64,000 bases of DNA from a virus. How positions within the stretch are numbered: the first letter of the stretch is position 1; every line of letters begins with the position of its first letter. Positions 54,750-63,836 of this stretch are shown in pieces. The stretch lies in IMG/VR virus record IMGVR_UViG_3300040811_000439, positions 1-64,000 of that record. One strand, given 5' to 3'. A program made the translations under genes and the position numbers. The notes under the pieces were generated by a model that did no database searches, was not told the origin of the DNA, and was given only the letters and a program-made list of their open reading frames with translations.

Positions 54750-57401
54750 TTATTCAAACGAAAATAAGTCATCGAATGTGTTATTAACTCCAGTTGCCTC
54801 CTTTAGATTCCATTCCAGTATGCCAAACAAGTTGTTAATTTTGTTGTCTACAATCGTTTCTTCCATTAGTTGGTCATCAAACGGTAGCTCTTTAAACCAC
54901 TGTGGCAAGTGCGTCTCATCTGTAGGATAACCAACACTAGTATAGTTTAACGGATTTGGCTTCAATTTGCAAACAATAGTTTTCATTCCGTCAATAATAT
55001 CCATACTGTACTGATCACTATTCAGCTTCTTAAGATAGTTCCAATTGATTGCTGCTCTAACGTGTCCAGGCATGTTTGTTTTGCCTAGACGCTTTTCTTC
55101 TGCTGTAAACTTAGTTAGGTTGTTAACACGCTTAGGTGTACCTTTTTCCCAACCTGGTAGCTCTTTAAACTTATACTTGAACTCTTTGATACGTTCTACT
55201 ACGTGATCTTTTTCTTTACCAGTTAGAACTTCAAGTAGTAGTTCACTCATAAAGTCCTGCATTACCTTAGGTGTATCACTGCGCTTGAGATCAAGTCCCA
55301 TTGCTTTAACTTTGCCTGGCTTGCCTTCTGTGTCGACACGGAAACCTTCGTTATCGATTACTAGAGCTGCGTAACGTTTCTTAGTAATATACAAGCCTTT
55401 CTGTGCTACAACTTCACGCCCTGCTGCAATGATCTCGCCCATCTTGCGAGGGCAGTGGAATGCACGTTCCATAAATGCCGCAAATGTTTCGTTGACTGCT
55501 TCACCAATCTGATCGTACAGCGCAATACATTCATCTTTGCCCCAAGCCATACGTCCTTGTTCAACTTGTTCACGTACCACAGGCCAGGCTGTAAAGTACA
55601 CACTGTCTGTATCACCATAGATAATACAGTCACCTACGTGATCGTACTTCTCTGTTAACAGTTCATTTGTCTTTGCGCTCATGTGTTTGGCAATACATCT
55701 ACCTGTTAGTGTAGTGGACTGTCCGATACGATGGTCAAAGAATCTACAACCTGGATTGAGAATAGCACCATACAAACTGTTAAGGTTAATCTTCTTAACC
55801 AACTGTCGCTTGTCCCAGAACGCACGTTCTTCACCTTCTGATTCACGCATCTTAGCCTGTAGCTCTTTACGCTCTGCATACCAACGTTCTAGTAGTCCAG
55901 GAACAACGCCCTTCTTTTCATAGGTTAAAATAGTACCATTAGCACTTAGAATCCATGGGTTGTTGCTGTCAAAGATCAGTCGCCATACATCTGCTGCACT
56001 TAGAGTATCACTATCACCTGTCTCCCAGTCAATAGTAATCTCTGTACCTTTTTCCATGTTCATCACTGCTTGGTATTCTTTTGAACCAAACTCGCCTTCC
56101 CATGCATCTGCAAATGACTTTTTATCTGCCATTTTAGTTTTAACAGCATGGTCAGTTAGTACAGGGCGTAACTGTCCTACAATAGTTTCTGGAGCCATAT
56201 TAAGTGCACGAATAACACTAGGATACAGACTGTTCAAGTCAATAGATCCAATCCAATCATGCAAACCCTTCTTTGGATAAGCAACGTATGCACCTGCTGC
56301 TGTTGTAGGTTCACCAGACCTGTCTCTACGATTGGGAACAATGAGTCCCTCTTCATGTGCGTGATTTATAATTGCTTGTTCTGTCACAGCAACCGCACCC
56401 ATTGTAGTAGGCAGGAGCACTGTGTTTGCGTGTGCAAGTTCGTTACTAAGATCAATAAACTTTAGCTTATCATCTAACTTGTGTAGCAGTAGTGTGTCCT
56501 GCCTGTTGTAATCGATAAATGTGTAAAAATCTTTATTGTACAGTTGATCTAGTGTTCCTTCATATGCAACTTTACGTTCATTAAGTTCGTACTCGCCAAT
56601 TGCGTCCAAACTGTAACTGTGCATTTCGTGATAGGTGTACTTGCGATACAACTGCATGTAGTCCAAGTGCTGCCTACCAATCAAATCAAACGTAATGTTC
56701 TCTGCACCAAAACGTTCAAAGGTACGCTTCTTAGGCAACTGTCCCCACAAGCAAAATTTACGTGTATCATCTTTGCTGAGTACTCTTGTAATACGCTGTA
56801 CTGTGTAAGGAATATCATAACCTTCTGAGTTCCAGCCGCTGAGGATGTCTGCATCTTCAATCAAGTCTAAGAACGCTACTAGTAGATCCTCTTCACGCTC
56901 AAATAAGAACGTGTTACCAAAGTCTGCTACAGTTTCTTTGGCAGTTTCCATACTCATACTTTTGGGAGGAATTGCCAGTGTAATCAGCTGCCCAAGCCAA
57001 TCCAAGTATACTGTAATTGCTGTGATTGTATTGAACGGATCATCGGGTGTAGAGTATCCACGCACAGGATCAAAGTCAACTTCAATATCAAAGAAGCAGG
57101 TCTGTAACTTAGGAGCATCTATACCCAAGTAGTTGTCTGCTAGACAGCGGAATACGGGATTGATATCACTCTCCCATAAACCGTGCTTGCCGTGCATCTT
57201 TAGTTCTTTGTGGAACTCTTTACCATTGCGAGTACTGAATCTACTAACAGGATTGCCGTAGATAGTACGAAACTTACCACGTGGATCTGTATAGTAAAAC
57301 ACATAGTTGACAGGAAACTCTCTGTACTCTCTCCTGCCATCAACACGTTCTACAACGTTGATTCTGTCGTGGTCTCTATCAAAATATGCGTCTACATACA
57401 T
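54750..57401 (-). CDS. DNA polymerase family B (gp43-like)
   Basis: ExoI FFDIEV, ExoII GWNSEGYDIPY, ExoIII YNRQD, DLNSLYPS, KINLNSLYG, YGDTDS; start MYVD at 57401 (TAATG). Confidence 0.97.
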   Translation of the reverse strand: MYVDAYFDRDHDRINVVERVDGRREYREFPVNYVFYYTDPRGKFRTIYGNPVSRFSTRNGKEFHKELKMHGKHGLWESDINPVFRCLADNYLGIDAPKLQTCFFDIEVDFDPVRGYSTPDDPFNTITAITVYLDWLGQLITLAIPPKSMSMETAKETVADFGNTFLFEREEDLLVAFLDLIEDADILSGWNSEGYDIPYTVQRITRVLSKDDTRKFCLWGQLPKKRTFERFGAENITFDLIGRQHLDYMQLYRKYTYHEMHSYSLDAIGEYELNERKVAYEGTLDQLYNKDFYTFIDYNRQDTLLLHKLDDKLKFIDLSNELAHANTVLLPTTMGAVAVTEQAIINHAHEEGLIVPNRRDRSGEPTTAAGAYVAYPKKGLHDWIGSIDLNSLYPSVIRALNMAPETIVGQLRPVLTDHAVKTKMADKKSFADAWEGEFGSKEYQAVMNMEKGTEITIDWETGDSDTLSAADVWRLIFDSNNPWILSANGTILTYEKKGVVPGLLERWYAERKELQAKMRESEGEERAFWDKRQLVKKINLNSLYGAILNPGCRFFDHRIGQSTTLTGRCIAKHMSAKTNELLTEKYDHVGDCIIYGDTDSVYFTAWPVVREQVEQGRMAWGKDECIALYDQIGEAVNETFAAFMERAFHCPRKMGEIIAAGREVVAQKGLYITKKRYAALVIDNEGFRVDTEGKPGKVKAMGLDLKRSDTPKVMQDFMSELLLEVLTGKEKDHVVERIKEFKYKFKELPGWEKGTPKRVNNLTKFTAEEKRLGKTNMPGHVRAAINWNYLKKLNSDQYSMDIIDGMKTIVCKLKPNPLNYTSVGYPTDETHLPQWFKELPFDDQLMEETIVDNKINNLFGILEWNLKEATGVNNTFDDLFSFE

Positions 57402-57625
57402 TACTTGAAAAACAATCCTATTACATATATTAACGTAATTACCACGTTGAGGACAACCAAAGATTGCTCTTTCCACAACCATCCAGCAATTGCCCAAACA
57501 GCATTACCAAAGATGAATACAACCACATACGCAGGATAAACGTTAAACGCTGCTAGTGTTGCACCTAGTATAATAAGGGCTGTGCCTAACCAGGCAAGCC
57601 ATTGATGGGGTTTGCGTTCTGTCAC
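57401..57625 (-). CDS. Small 3-TM membrane protein
   Basis: Hydrophobic 74 aa; coupled at both ends. Confidence 0.6.
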   Translation of the reverse strand: MTERKPHQWLAWLGTALIILGATLAAFNVYPAYVVVFIFGNAVWAIAGWLWKEQSLVVLNVVITLIYVIGLFFK

Positions 57626-57888
57626 TGTAGTTTGCCAACTGTGGCTAGAATGTTTTCCAATGCTGCAAGATCTTCGCTGTGCTTGGCAAAGTCTGCCTTA
57701 TAAGCAGTCTTCACTGCCTTCTTTAGTACTGCTGGCTTGATCTGCATTTCTTCTGCAATAGCCTTTACTGTGTCGTTTAGACCTTCGTTTAGGTCATCTA
57801 CTTCCTGTAGCACAGTAAGACCTTCGTTAATTAGTTGTGTTAGTTTAGCTTTTTCTTCTGAACTAAAAACTCTATCACCGTCACTCAT
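57622..57888 (-). CDS. dsDNA-binding protein (T4 DsbA/GapR-like), putative
   Basis: Helical 88 aa, D.VKAIAEE..IKP.VL.KAVK.AYK. Confidence 0.55.
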   Translation of the reverse strand: MSDGDRVFSSEEKAKLTQLINEGLTVLQEVDDLNEGLNDTVKAIAEEMQIKPAVLKKAVKTAYKADFAKHSEDLAALENILATVGKLQ

Positions 57889-57911
57889 TGATATCTCCTT
57901 ATAATAGTGTA

Positions 57912-57940
57912 ATTATACGCTAGATTGTCTATTGTGTCAA
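57912..57940 (-). promoter_or_regulatory. Consensus sigma70 promoter TTGACA-N17-TATAAT
   Basis: Perfect consensus driving the DsbA-like/polB unit. Confidence 0.8.
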
Positions 57941-58399
57941 CTTGGGAATCTGCTCTTGATAAGGAAAATCATAGATTTCTAGTTCTCCTCCGGGTTGGAA
58001 CTTTTTGCCTTTTCCTTTTTTCTTAAACTCGCCTACTTGTGGCGTACCTTGTTTTGATCGCTTTTGGGCACGTTTTAGTTGTTCTTCATCTTTTTTATTC
58101 CATTGGAATCTATATAAACTATCCCTTTTGTCTACCATAGCCCATAGTGTTATCCACTTGGTGCTGTCTATAGTTTCTACAGTATGATGTTTGTACAAAA
58201 ACTTGTCCGGAGTTTTATAATAAGGCTTGCCTATAAAGTCTAGATTAGTTACGAAACTTAGATAGATTGCAAGGAAAACAATAGGTACTACAACAAACTT
58301 TTGTAGTTTACATACTCTAAATAAAGGAATAATACATATTAACCCTGCAAACGCCCAAATCATAGCTAGCTGAGTAGTGCTTAAATTAAAATCGATCAT
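57929..58399 (-). CDS. Two-TM membrane protein (third gene of the MotA/MotB-like triad)
   Basis: Two N-terminal TMs, then G.P...WI.LW...R..LY. Confidence 0.6.
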   Translation of the reverse strand: MIDFNLSTTQLAMIWAFAGLICIIPLFRVCKLQKFVVVPIVFLAIYLSFVTNLDFIGKPYYKTPDKFLYKHHTVETIDSTKWITLWAMVDKRDSLYRFQWNKKDEEQLKRAQKRSKQGTPQVGEFKKKGKGKKFQPGGELEIYDFPYQEQIPKLTQ

Positions 58400-59022
58400 T
58401 TCCAAGATTTCCTTAGGTTATTTGTATTGTATATGATTTGCACATCGCTGTCAGTAACATTTGCTCGTTTACTGTCTTCTACTTCTATTTTAAATACACC
58501 ACGCTCGTCACCGAGTTGATCTAATCTAACCTGTCGTGTCTTTAAGGTACTAAAAGGATTTACACGTATAACTTCTACTGTAACATCAACGGGAGTTACT
58601 CGGTCGGTTGTTCCTTTGCTAAACCAGTGTACACTAACAAAATAAGTCCTTTTGTCGTCGCTACGTATAGCAACTACTTCTCTGTTAAGATAACGTGTCT
58701 GTAGTTTGCCTTCTGTATCCTGATATGTGTCATTATTTTGACCCATATCATCTCTATCCAATGTGATAAGTGCTTTGTCTTTTAGTTTAAAACTAACAAT
58801 GTTGTTGGTGTTATCCTGGACCCATAAGTCGATATCGAACTTGCTTTGATTGTCCCAGGTCATAACAATCAAATACTCTGCTTTAGGATCAATGTTTGCT
58901 TTTTTTGCAACAGGATTGATAAGGATAAATGCTAGTATGAACATGAATGTAAAACCTACAAGCAGATTAAACAATAGATCAATAAAGCCAAAGCCTGTTT
59001 TATATCTTACCTTGTTCGCCAT
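58396..59022 (-). CDS. MotB/ExbD-like single-TM protein with YfaP/DUF2135-like domain
   Basis: FIDLLFNLLVGF (TM Asp), DIDLWV...LDRDDMG..N.E. Confidence 0.6.
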   Translation of the reverse strand: MANKVRYKTGFGFIDLLFNLLVGFTFMFILAFILINPVAKKANIDPKAEYLIVMTWDNQSKFDIDLWVQDNTNNIVSFKLKDKALITLDRDDMGQNNDTYQDTEGKLQTRYLNREVVAIRSDDKRTYFVSVHWFSKGTTDRVTPVDVTVEVIRVNPFSTLKTRQVRLDQLGDERGVFKIEVEDSKRANVTDSDVQIIYNTNNLRKSWK

Positions 59023-59482
59023 TGTCCCAACTATTCTCTAGAATAACCATTTGTAGTTTTGTGAGTACACTACAAATCAAACCAATAAGAGTTGTGCTGA
59101 GAGCAGTGCTCATACCCACTGCCATATCTGCAATGGCTTCTTGTACGTTTGCTACATCTTTAACATCAAGGTCACTAAAAGCACTGTTAAGCATAAGCAA
59201 GAAGCCTGCAACCGTGCCAATCATACCTAGTGTAATCATTGCTTCGCTAGCAAACCATACGTAGTTTCCATAGTGACGATTACGTTCACTATCGTTTTTA
59301 CTAATATATCCTGTAAGTAGAGTTGCAAATACAAAAATAGCAAGTATTGCCATACTAATCTTAGTGACGTCTGCATACCACAGCGCATCCCACCAGCCCA
59401 ACTGCCATGCAATTGCGGCACCAAATGCTGATGCTGTGAATTGTATCCACCACTTGAGTAAGGGTGCATTTTTATCTAGCAT
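59000..59482 (-). CDS. MotA/TolQ/ExbB proton channel family protein
   Basis: LGMIGTVAGF...GMSTALSTTLIGL signature. Confidence 0.85.
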   Translation of the reverse strand: MLDKNAPLLKWWIQFTASAFGAAIAWQLGWWDALWYADVTKISMAILAIFVFATLLTGYISKNDSERNRHYGNYVWFASEAMITLGMIGTVAGFLLMLNSAFSDLDVKDVANVQEAIADMAVGMSTALSTTLIGLICSVLTKLQMVILENSWDNGEQGKI

Positions 59483-59498
59483 AGTTACCCTCCTAGGA

Positions 59499-59822
59499 TT
59501 AGTGTTTTTCGATCCAGGAATTAAATGCTTGTAATGCTTCCTGTGGTTTTACATATGGACTTAATTTTAGACTTTCTACTTCTGAGTAAAAATCTTGTGG
59601 ATAGAATCTATCATTGTACTCAAATCCACCTGAACGTTCAAACTTAAAAACATCGTAATCTACTTTACGATTGTCATCATAGTCATGTTCTGTCATACCA
59701 AGAGCATAGACTTCGCCGTTCTTTTCAACTTTAGTTACTAATCTAAAGTCTCTACCAGCGACAAACTCCATGCCTGTGCGTTCAAGCATAGTAATTGTAT
59801 TTCTAATATCTTGTGCTGTCAT
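59499..59822 (-). CDS. Hypothetical protein, probable internal head protein
   Basis: GATAAATA just upstream; N-terminus MTAQDIRNTITMLE. Confidence 0.5.
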   Translation of the reverse strand: MTAQDIRNTITMLERTGMEFVAGRDFRLVTKVEKNGEVYALGMTEHDYDDNRKVDYDVFKFERSGGFEYNDRFYPQDFYSEVESLKLSPYVKPQEALQAFNSWIEKH

Positions 59823-59836
59823 AACAATGTATTTAT

Positions 59837-60136
59837 CTAACGCTCTACAATCTCTACAACAAGGTCTGTAGTGCCTTTGAGAATACGATGATAGGTGTTT
59901 TTTGTTATATTGATACTATCACCAGGTTTTAAGGTAATAGGTAGTTGGTTATCCATCTGCAAGCGCCAACCTTCGCCTTCAACTATAGTTACATGGCGAT
60001 CATTACGATCTCTGTGCCAAACAAGCTCTTCGCTATCAACTTCTAATGAAAATGTTCTTATTATACTTTTTTGATTGCGTAATTCACTATATGGGTGTAG
60101 GCGTCCAGCTTCTGCCCACCATGGGTTTACCACCAT
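59837..60136 (-). CDS. Small cupin-domain protein
   Basis: WHRD..DR...VEG.GW.LQ.D...P..L..GD...I...YHR. Confidence 0.65.
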   Translation of the reverse strand: MVVNPWWAEAGRLHPYSELRNQKSIIRTFSLEVDSEELVWHRDRNDRHVTIVEGEGWRLQMDNQLPITLKPGDSINITKNTYHRILKGTTDLVVEIVER

Positions 60137-61590
60137 GCTCCGCCTTTGACACCAAGTGCTTTATAACGTGGTGTGCGGCATGCCCAGTAACCTGCTTTCA
60201 TCTTGTCGTTCTTTTGCTTACACTTGTGACGTGCTACAAATGAACGCACTGCGCCTCTGTCTTTGGCTTTTACGCTTAGTCCTGATGTATCGCCCCAACT
60301 GATTTTCTTAACACGACCAGTCTTTGGATTCTTTACATATACATAGAACTTCTTAGGACCGCCACGTTTAGGTGAGTTTAGTTTAACTTTGCGTCCCTGG
60401 TACTCTGCTTCATCAAGCTCAACTTCTTCACCGATTAAATTTAAGATATATTCTTTTGGGTCTGTGTCTAATCCCATTGCATATTTCATTGCACCAGACT
60501 TGTCGCCCCTTTTCAACATTGCGGCGACCTTCATCATATCTTTTTTGTCTACACCACCAAACTTATTAGCATATGCTTCAAGTTCTTGGCCTTTTCTTTC
60601 AAACCTTGGTTTGTTTGCTTGCATCGTCGTATTTTTCATCTTACCTTCATCAAGGTCAACTTCTTCCGTCTTCATACCCAACATTTTACCAATCTTAACC
60701 ATACTCTCTTGACCACTTGATGTAACTCTGTCATATTCGTATCCATACATGTCATCAAATGCTTTTCTGGCATCTTTTATACTTTTTGCCTTAATGAGTT
60801 TATCTAAAGATTCTTGACCGCTGGGTGTCATACGCTTGCGCTCAAACTCAAGATCATCAATATGTTTTTTTATTTGATTGAGATTTTCATCAAGTGATGA
60901 TTCTTTTAATTTCTTAATCTCATAAGCGTCAACATCTAATGCTTGAAGTGCCGCGATCTTTTTGTCAAATGATCTCTTTGCATCGATCATTTTCATATGG
61001 GCAGCATCACCAGGAGTATTTTTCAACTTAGCAATTTTTGCTTTAAGAGCAACTGCCTGCTTTTTGATATCAAAGGCTTTAGCAGCGTTAGCAACTGTTA
61101 CTTCATCAAGCTCAACTTCTTCTTTTTGGGTTTTAATCCAATTAATAGCATCTCTTTTACTACCAACTGTCCTATCCCATTCCCAATTGCCTCTGTCCTT
61201 TACATAAATTTGCCATTCACCAGATGGTCGATCATTGCGATTTAATCGTGGTGTTAATTTATATTCTGTTTTACCCTGCTTCATTGTGTAAGCACCAGGT
61301 TCTCCTAGAACTTTTTTGGCCATTTCATCAAGTTCAACTTCTTCGATAGGAACATCAAGAGGAACACGCTCGCCCTCTACCATAATGCATTCGCCAATAT
61401 CTGTATCAAGTAGTTCAGCATCCTGCCAGTCTAGGTCCAGGCTTTCACGCATCTCACGCACACGAGTATAAAACTCTGTAAATGCTGCACTACCAGGACG
61501 GAACATGCATTCACTAAAAGGAACGCCACGAGCAATATGTTCTCGAATTGCTTCTTCAACTGGATTTCTTTTTAGATCACTTGCTTTCAT
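60127..61590 (-). CDS. Modular polyprotein-like protein (probable internal head protein) with EEVELDE linkers
   Basis: Five EEVELDE-like motifs spaced 72-80 aa apart; basic C-terminal module. Confidence 0.7.
   Translation of the reverse strand: MKASDLKRNPVEEAIREHIARGVPFSECMFRPGSAAFTEFYTRVREMRESLDLDWQDAELLDTDIGECIMVEGERVPLDVPIEEVELDEMAKKVLGEPGAYTMKQGKTEYKLTPRLNRNDRPSGEWQIYVKDRGNWEWDRTVGSKRDAINWIKTQKEEVELDEVTVANAAKAFDIKKQAVALKAKIAKLKNTPGDAAHMKMIDAKRSFDKKIAALQALDVDAYEIKKLKESSLDENLNQIKKHIDDLEFERKRMTPSGQESLDKLIKAKSIKDARKAFDDMYGYEYDRVTSSGQESMVKIGKMLGMKTEEVDLDEGKMKNTTMQANKPRFERKGQELEAYANKFGGVDKKDMMKVAAMLKRGDKSGAMKYAMGLDTDPKEYILNLIGEEVELDEAEYQGRKVKLNSPKRGGPKKFYVYVKNPKTGRVKKISWGDTSGLSVKAKDRGAVRSFVARHKCKQKNDKMKAGYWACRTPRYKALGVKGGAWW
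60409..61344 (-). repeat. Five dispersed 21-bp in-frame direct repeats (+ strand TTCATCAAGCTCAACTTCTTC)
   Basis: Copies at 60409-60429 and 61102-61122 (identical), 60646-60666 and 61324-61344 (1 mismatch each), 60886-60906 (degenerate); spacings 237, 240, 216, 222 bp. Confidence 0.9.
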
Positions 61591-61841
61591 TTTGTTCTTA
61601 CATTCCTAGCTTTACCGCGTCTGTTCTTTTTAGGATCTTCTCTGCGCTTTCTACTCGCTGCGGTAGCACGTTTCTTTTTGCCTAGTGCATGTGCTTTCTT
61701 CTGAGGTAAACATTTGGGCTTGCCTTCACTGTCATCATCTCTAGCACAATCTCCGCGTATCTTACCGTCAGGCCCAAAGCGTACCCATTTCTCTTTGAAC
61801 CATTTGCGTAAATCGTCTTGTACAATCTCCTCGACTAACAT
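61587..61841 (-). CDS. Small basic protein
   Basis: LRKWFKEKWV...C.R....KPKCLP; K/R-rich tail. Confidence 0.7.
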   Translation of the reverse strand: MLVEEIVQDDLRKWFKEKWVRFGPDGKIRGDCARDDDSEGKPKCLPQKKAHALGKKKRATAASRKRREDPKKNRRGKARNVRTK

Positions 61842-62032
61842 TACTTCTTACTCTTATTACCCCAGTTCTTAGCACCAACTTTACGGCACTTTACAAGAGC
61901 ACCACTAGCGTAAGCACTTGGCCATACTTTGTAACGTGATTTAACTTTGTGATAGCAGGCATCTTTCTCACCTGCCGCTTCATCAAATTCAGCTTCAGTG
62001 ATTGCTTTTGCTGTGAATTCTGAAGATCGCAT
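61841..62032 (-). CDS. Small basic protein with acidic leader
   Basis: MRSSEF..AITEAEFDE then KDACYHKVKSRYKVWPSAYASGALVKCRK. Confidence 0.7.
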   Translation of the reverse strand: MRSSEFTAKAITEAEFDEAAGEKDACYHKVKSRYKVWPSAYASGALVKCRKVGAKNWGNKSKK

Positions 62033-62037
62033 GAGGA

Positions 62038-62484
62038 TTACTCCTCTTCAACTTTATCTTTAATTACATCAACATGACCTTGAATGTAGTCATGTTCATC
62101 TTCCATGCCCATCATTTCAGCCATCATCATGATCTGATCAGCAACTACCTGTGCCATTACAGCATCTTCTGGTACGTGCTTACGATCTGGATCCTTTTCC
62201 ATGTAGAATAGAACATCCTGTAACTTAGCTGTACGAACAGCAAGCTCATCATGATCAATCTTTTTATATAATGCTGTTGCGCCTGGGCACATATCAAAGT
62301 GACGTGTTTGGTAGTCGCCTACCATAAGTTCACCTGTATCTGGATCGTTATTAGGATCGTCATCCTCTCCTACTAAACGATCTTGAAATGGGTGAGGGTT
62401 GCCGCCTGTTTTACGAGCTTTTTCCTTGCCCTTAACTTGATCTACATATTCATCAAGTTGATCTAGTAGTTTACGAAAATCCAT
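62038..62484 (-). CDS. Hypothetical protein, probable internal head protein
   Basis: Leader MDFRKLLDQLDE. Confidence 0.6.
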   Translation of the reverse strand: MDFRKLLDQLDEYVDQVKGKEKARKTGGNPHPFQDRLVGEDDDPNNDPDTGELMVGDYQTRHFDMCPGATALYKKIDHDELAVRTAKLQDVLFYMEKDPDRKHVPEDAVMAQVVADQIMMMAEMMGMEDEHDYIQGHVDVIKDKVEEE

Positions 62485-63086
62485 TAGTCTTCCTTTGGTG
62501 GGTTGCTATACATATGTGCTTCTTCTAGAGCTTCCATAGCTTCAATTAGTTTTTGATGTGCATCTGCAATCCATGCAGCATCACCGCCTTCACGTTCTAC
62601 CATTTTACTAAGCACTGCACCTTCTGCTGTAACTTTCATAAGACGGCCCATCATATTAAACATCTTTTGAAAACTATCATCGATTGCTGTTGCAGAACTT
62701 GTGGCTTCTTTAACTGCGCTATCAACTGTGGTTAGATCATTACCCTGTGCTACTTCACTCTTCATAAAGTCACGATATCGACTAGCAATATCACCTAGCA
62801 CATCTTCGTTAGCTTTGTCTTCAGCTACAGATTCCTTCTTGGCTTTCTTGTCAGCGGCAGCCTTCTTCATGGATTCTTCTTTATCGCCATCGCCATCTAA
62901 ATCAATATAGTCTGGCTTTGCTGCTTCTTCAAGTTCATTAAACACCTTTAGAATGTTTACTGTTTCGCGTGTTCCAGAGACTGCTTCCTCAACTGGCTTG
63001 TAAACAGTATCGCCTGTTGCACTTACTGTTTCCTCGTTATTTGAGATTGCATTTAGTTTTTTAACTAGATCGGTAAAGTCACTCAT
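62484..63086 (-). CDS. Hypothetical protein, probable internal head protein
   Basis: Leader MSDFTDLVKKLNAISNNEE; KPDYIDLDGDGDKEESMKKAA motif. Confidence 0.6.
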   Translation of the reverse strand: MSDFTDLVKKLNAISNNEETVSATGDTVYKPVEEAVSGTRETVNILKVFNELEEAAKPDYIDLDGDGDKEESMKKAAADKKAKKESVAEDKANEDVLGDIASRYRDFMKSEVAQGNDLTTVDSAVKEATSSATAIDDSFQKMFNMMGRLMKVTAEGAVLSKMVEREGGDAAWIADAHQKLIEAMEALEEAHMYSNPPKED

Positions 63087-63835
63087 GATCTACTCCAATC
63101 GCTAAATTTACTTTCAGCTTTCATATTCTTTTTGTTTTGATCTGCTACACGCTTGCTAAACTCTGCATCTAAACCTTTTGTACGATCACGTTCCATACCT
63201 GGGTCTTTCTTTGTAGGCACTGGGGGCTTTGTCTTTGGCTTAGGTACACTAGTAACATTTTTTACAAGGGTGTTCATTGCCTTACGATCTGCATCGCTAT
63301 ATTCTTCAATTTCTATAGATTCAACAAGTCCTAGTTCTTTTGCGACCTGATATCTCATCTGATCTAATGTGCCAGGCTCGATGTCTCTGATGTCTTTGCC
63401 CATGTCGTAAATTTTTCTACGAAGAACATTATCAATTTTACTTGCGGCGGCGCTGCCCAATTTGTCGGCATCATTGTAGCCCATTCTGTATTCTTTAACA
63501 GTTTCTTTGCTTTCACTGGCAAGATCAAATGCCATGTCATCCATCTGTTCAGCTTGGGCGTTTTCAGGATTCATTGGGCTCATCTCATAATCCATGTTGT
63601 GATATACACTGCTTAGATAGTCAGCAGCCTTGGTAATCTTTGCCTGCTGCCACCCTTCAATACCTTGCATCTCACTTACGCCTTTAAGCATATCATGTAG
63701 CTTAATTGCATACTTGGCAATCTTGTACAAGTCTGCACGTGCCATTTGAACTTCATGATCGAGTTCAACACGGTCTGCCATCATACCAAGATGACCTTCG
63801 TTAATTTGGTTTAGTTTGTCAAGTATGTCTCTCAT
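63083..63835 (-). CDS. Hypothetical protein, probable internal head protein
   Basis: Leader MRDILDKLNQINE; DHEVQMARADL, W.QAKITKAADYL. Confidence 0.6.
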   Translation of the reverse strand: MRDILDKLNQINEGHLGMMADRVELDHEVQMARADLYKIAKYAIKLHDMLKGVSEMQGIEGWQQAKITKAADYLSSVYHNMDYEMSPMNPENAQAEQMDDMAFDLASESKETVKEYRMGYNDADKLGSAAASKIDNVLRRKIYDMGKDIRDIEPGTLDQMRYQVAKELGLVESIEIEEYSDADRKAMNTLVKNVTSVPKPKTKPPVPTKKDPGMERDRTKGLDAEFSKRVADQNKKNMKAESKFSDWSRS

Positions 63836-63836
63836 A

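Noticed and set aside
57402-57497. 32-aa N-terminal extension of DNA polymerase in the ORF track
   Set aside because: It overlaps the upstream membrane-protein gene; ATG 57401 has a TAATG coupling and gives a normal N-terminus.
57929-59482. Zorya defence system
   Set aside because: The MotA-like protein lacks the long ZorA tail, the partner lacks an OmpA-like domain, and no ZorC/D/E genes are adjacent.
60409-61344. 21-bp repeats read as a CRISPR array
   Set aside because: Spacers are about 200 bp, in frame and protein-coding; the repeats are not palindromic; no cas genes are present.
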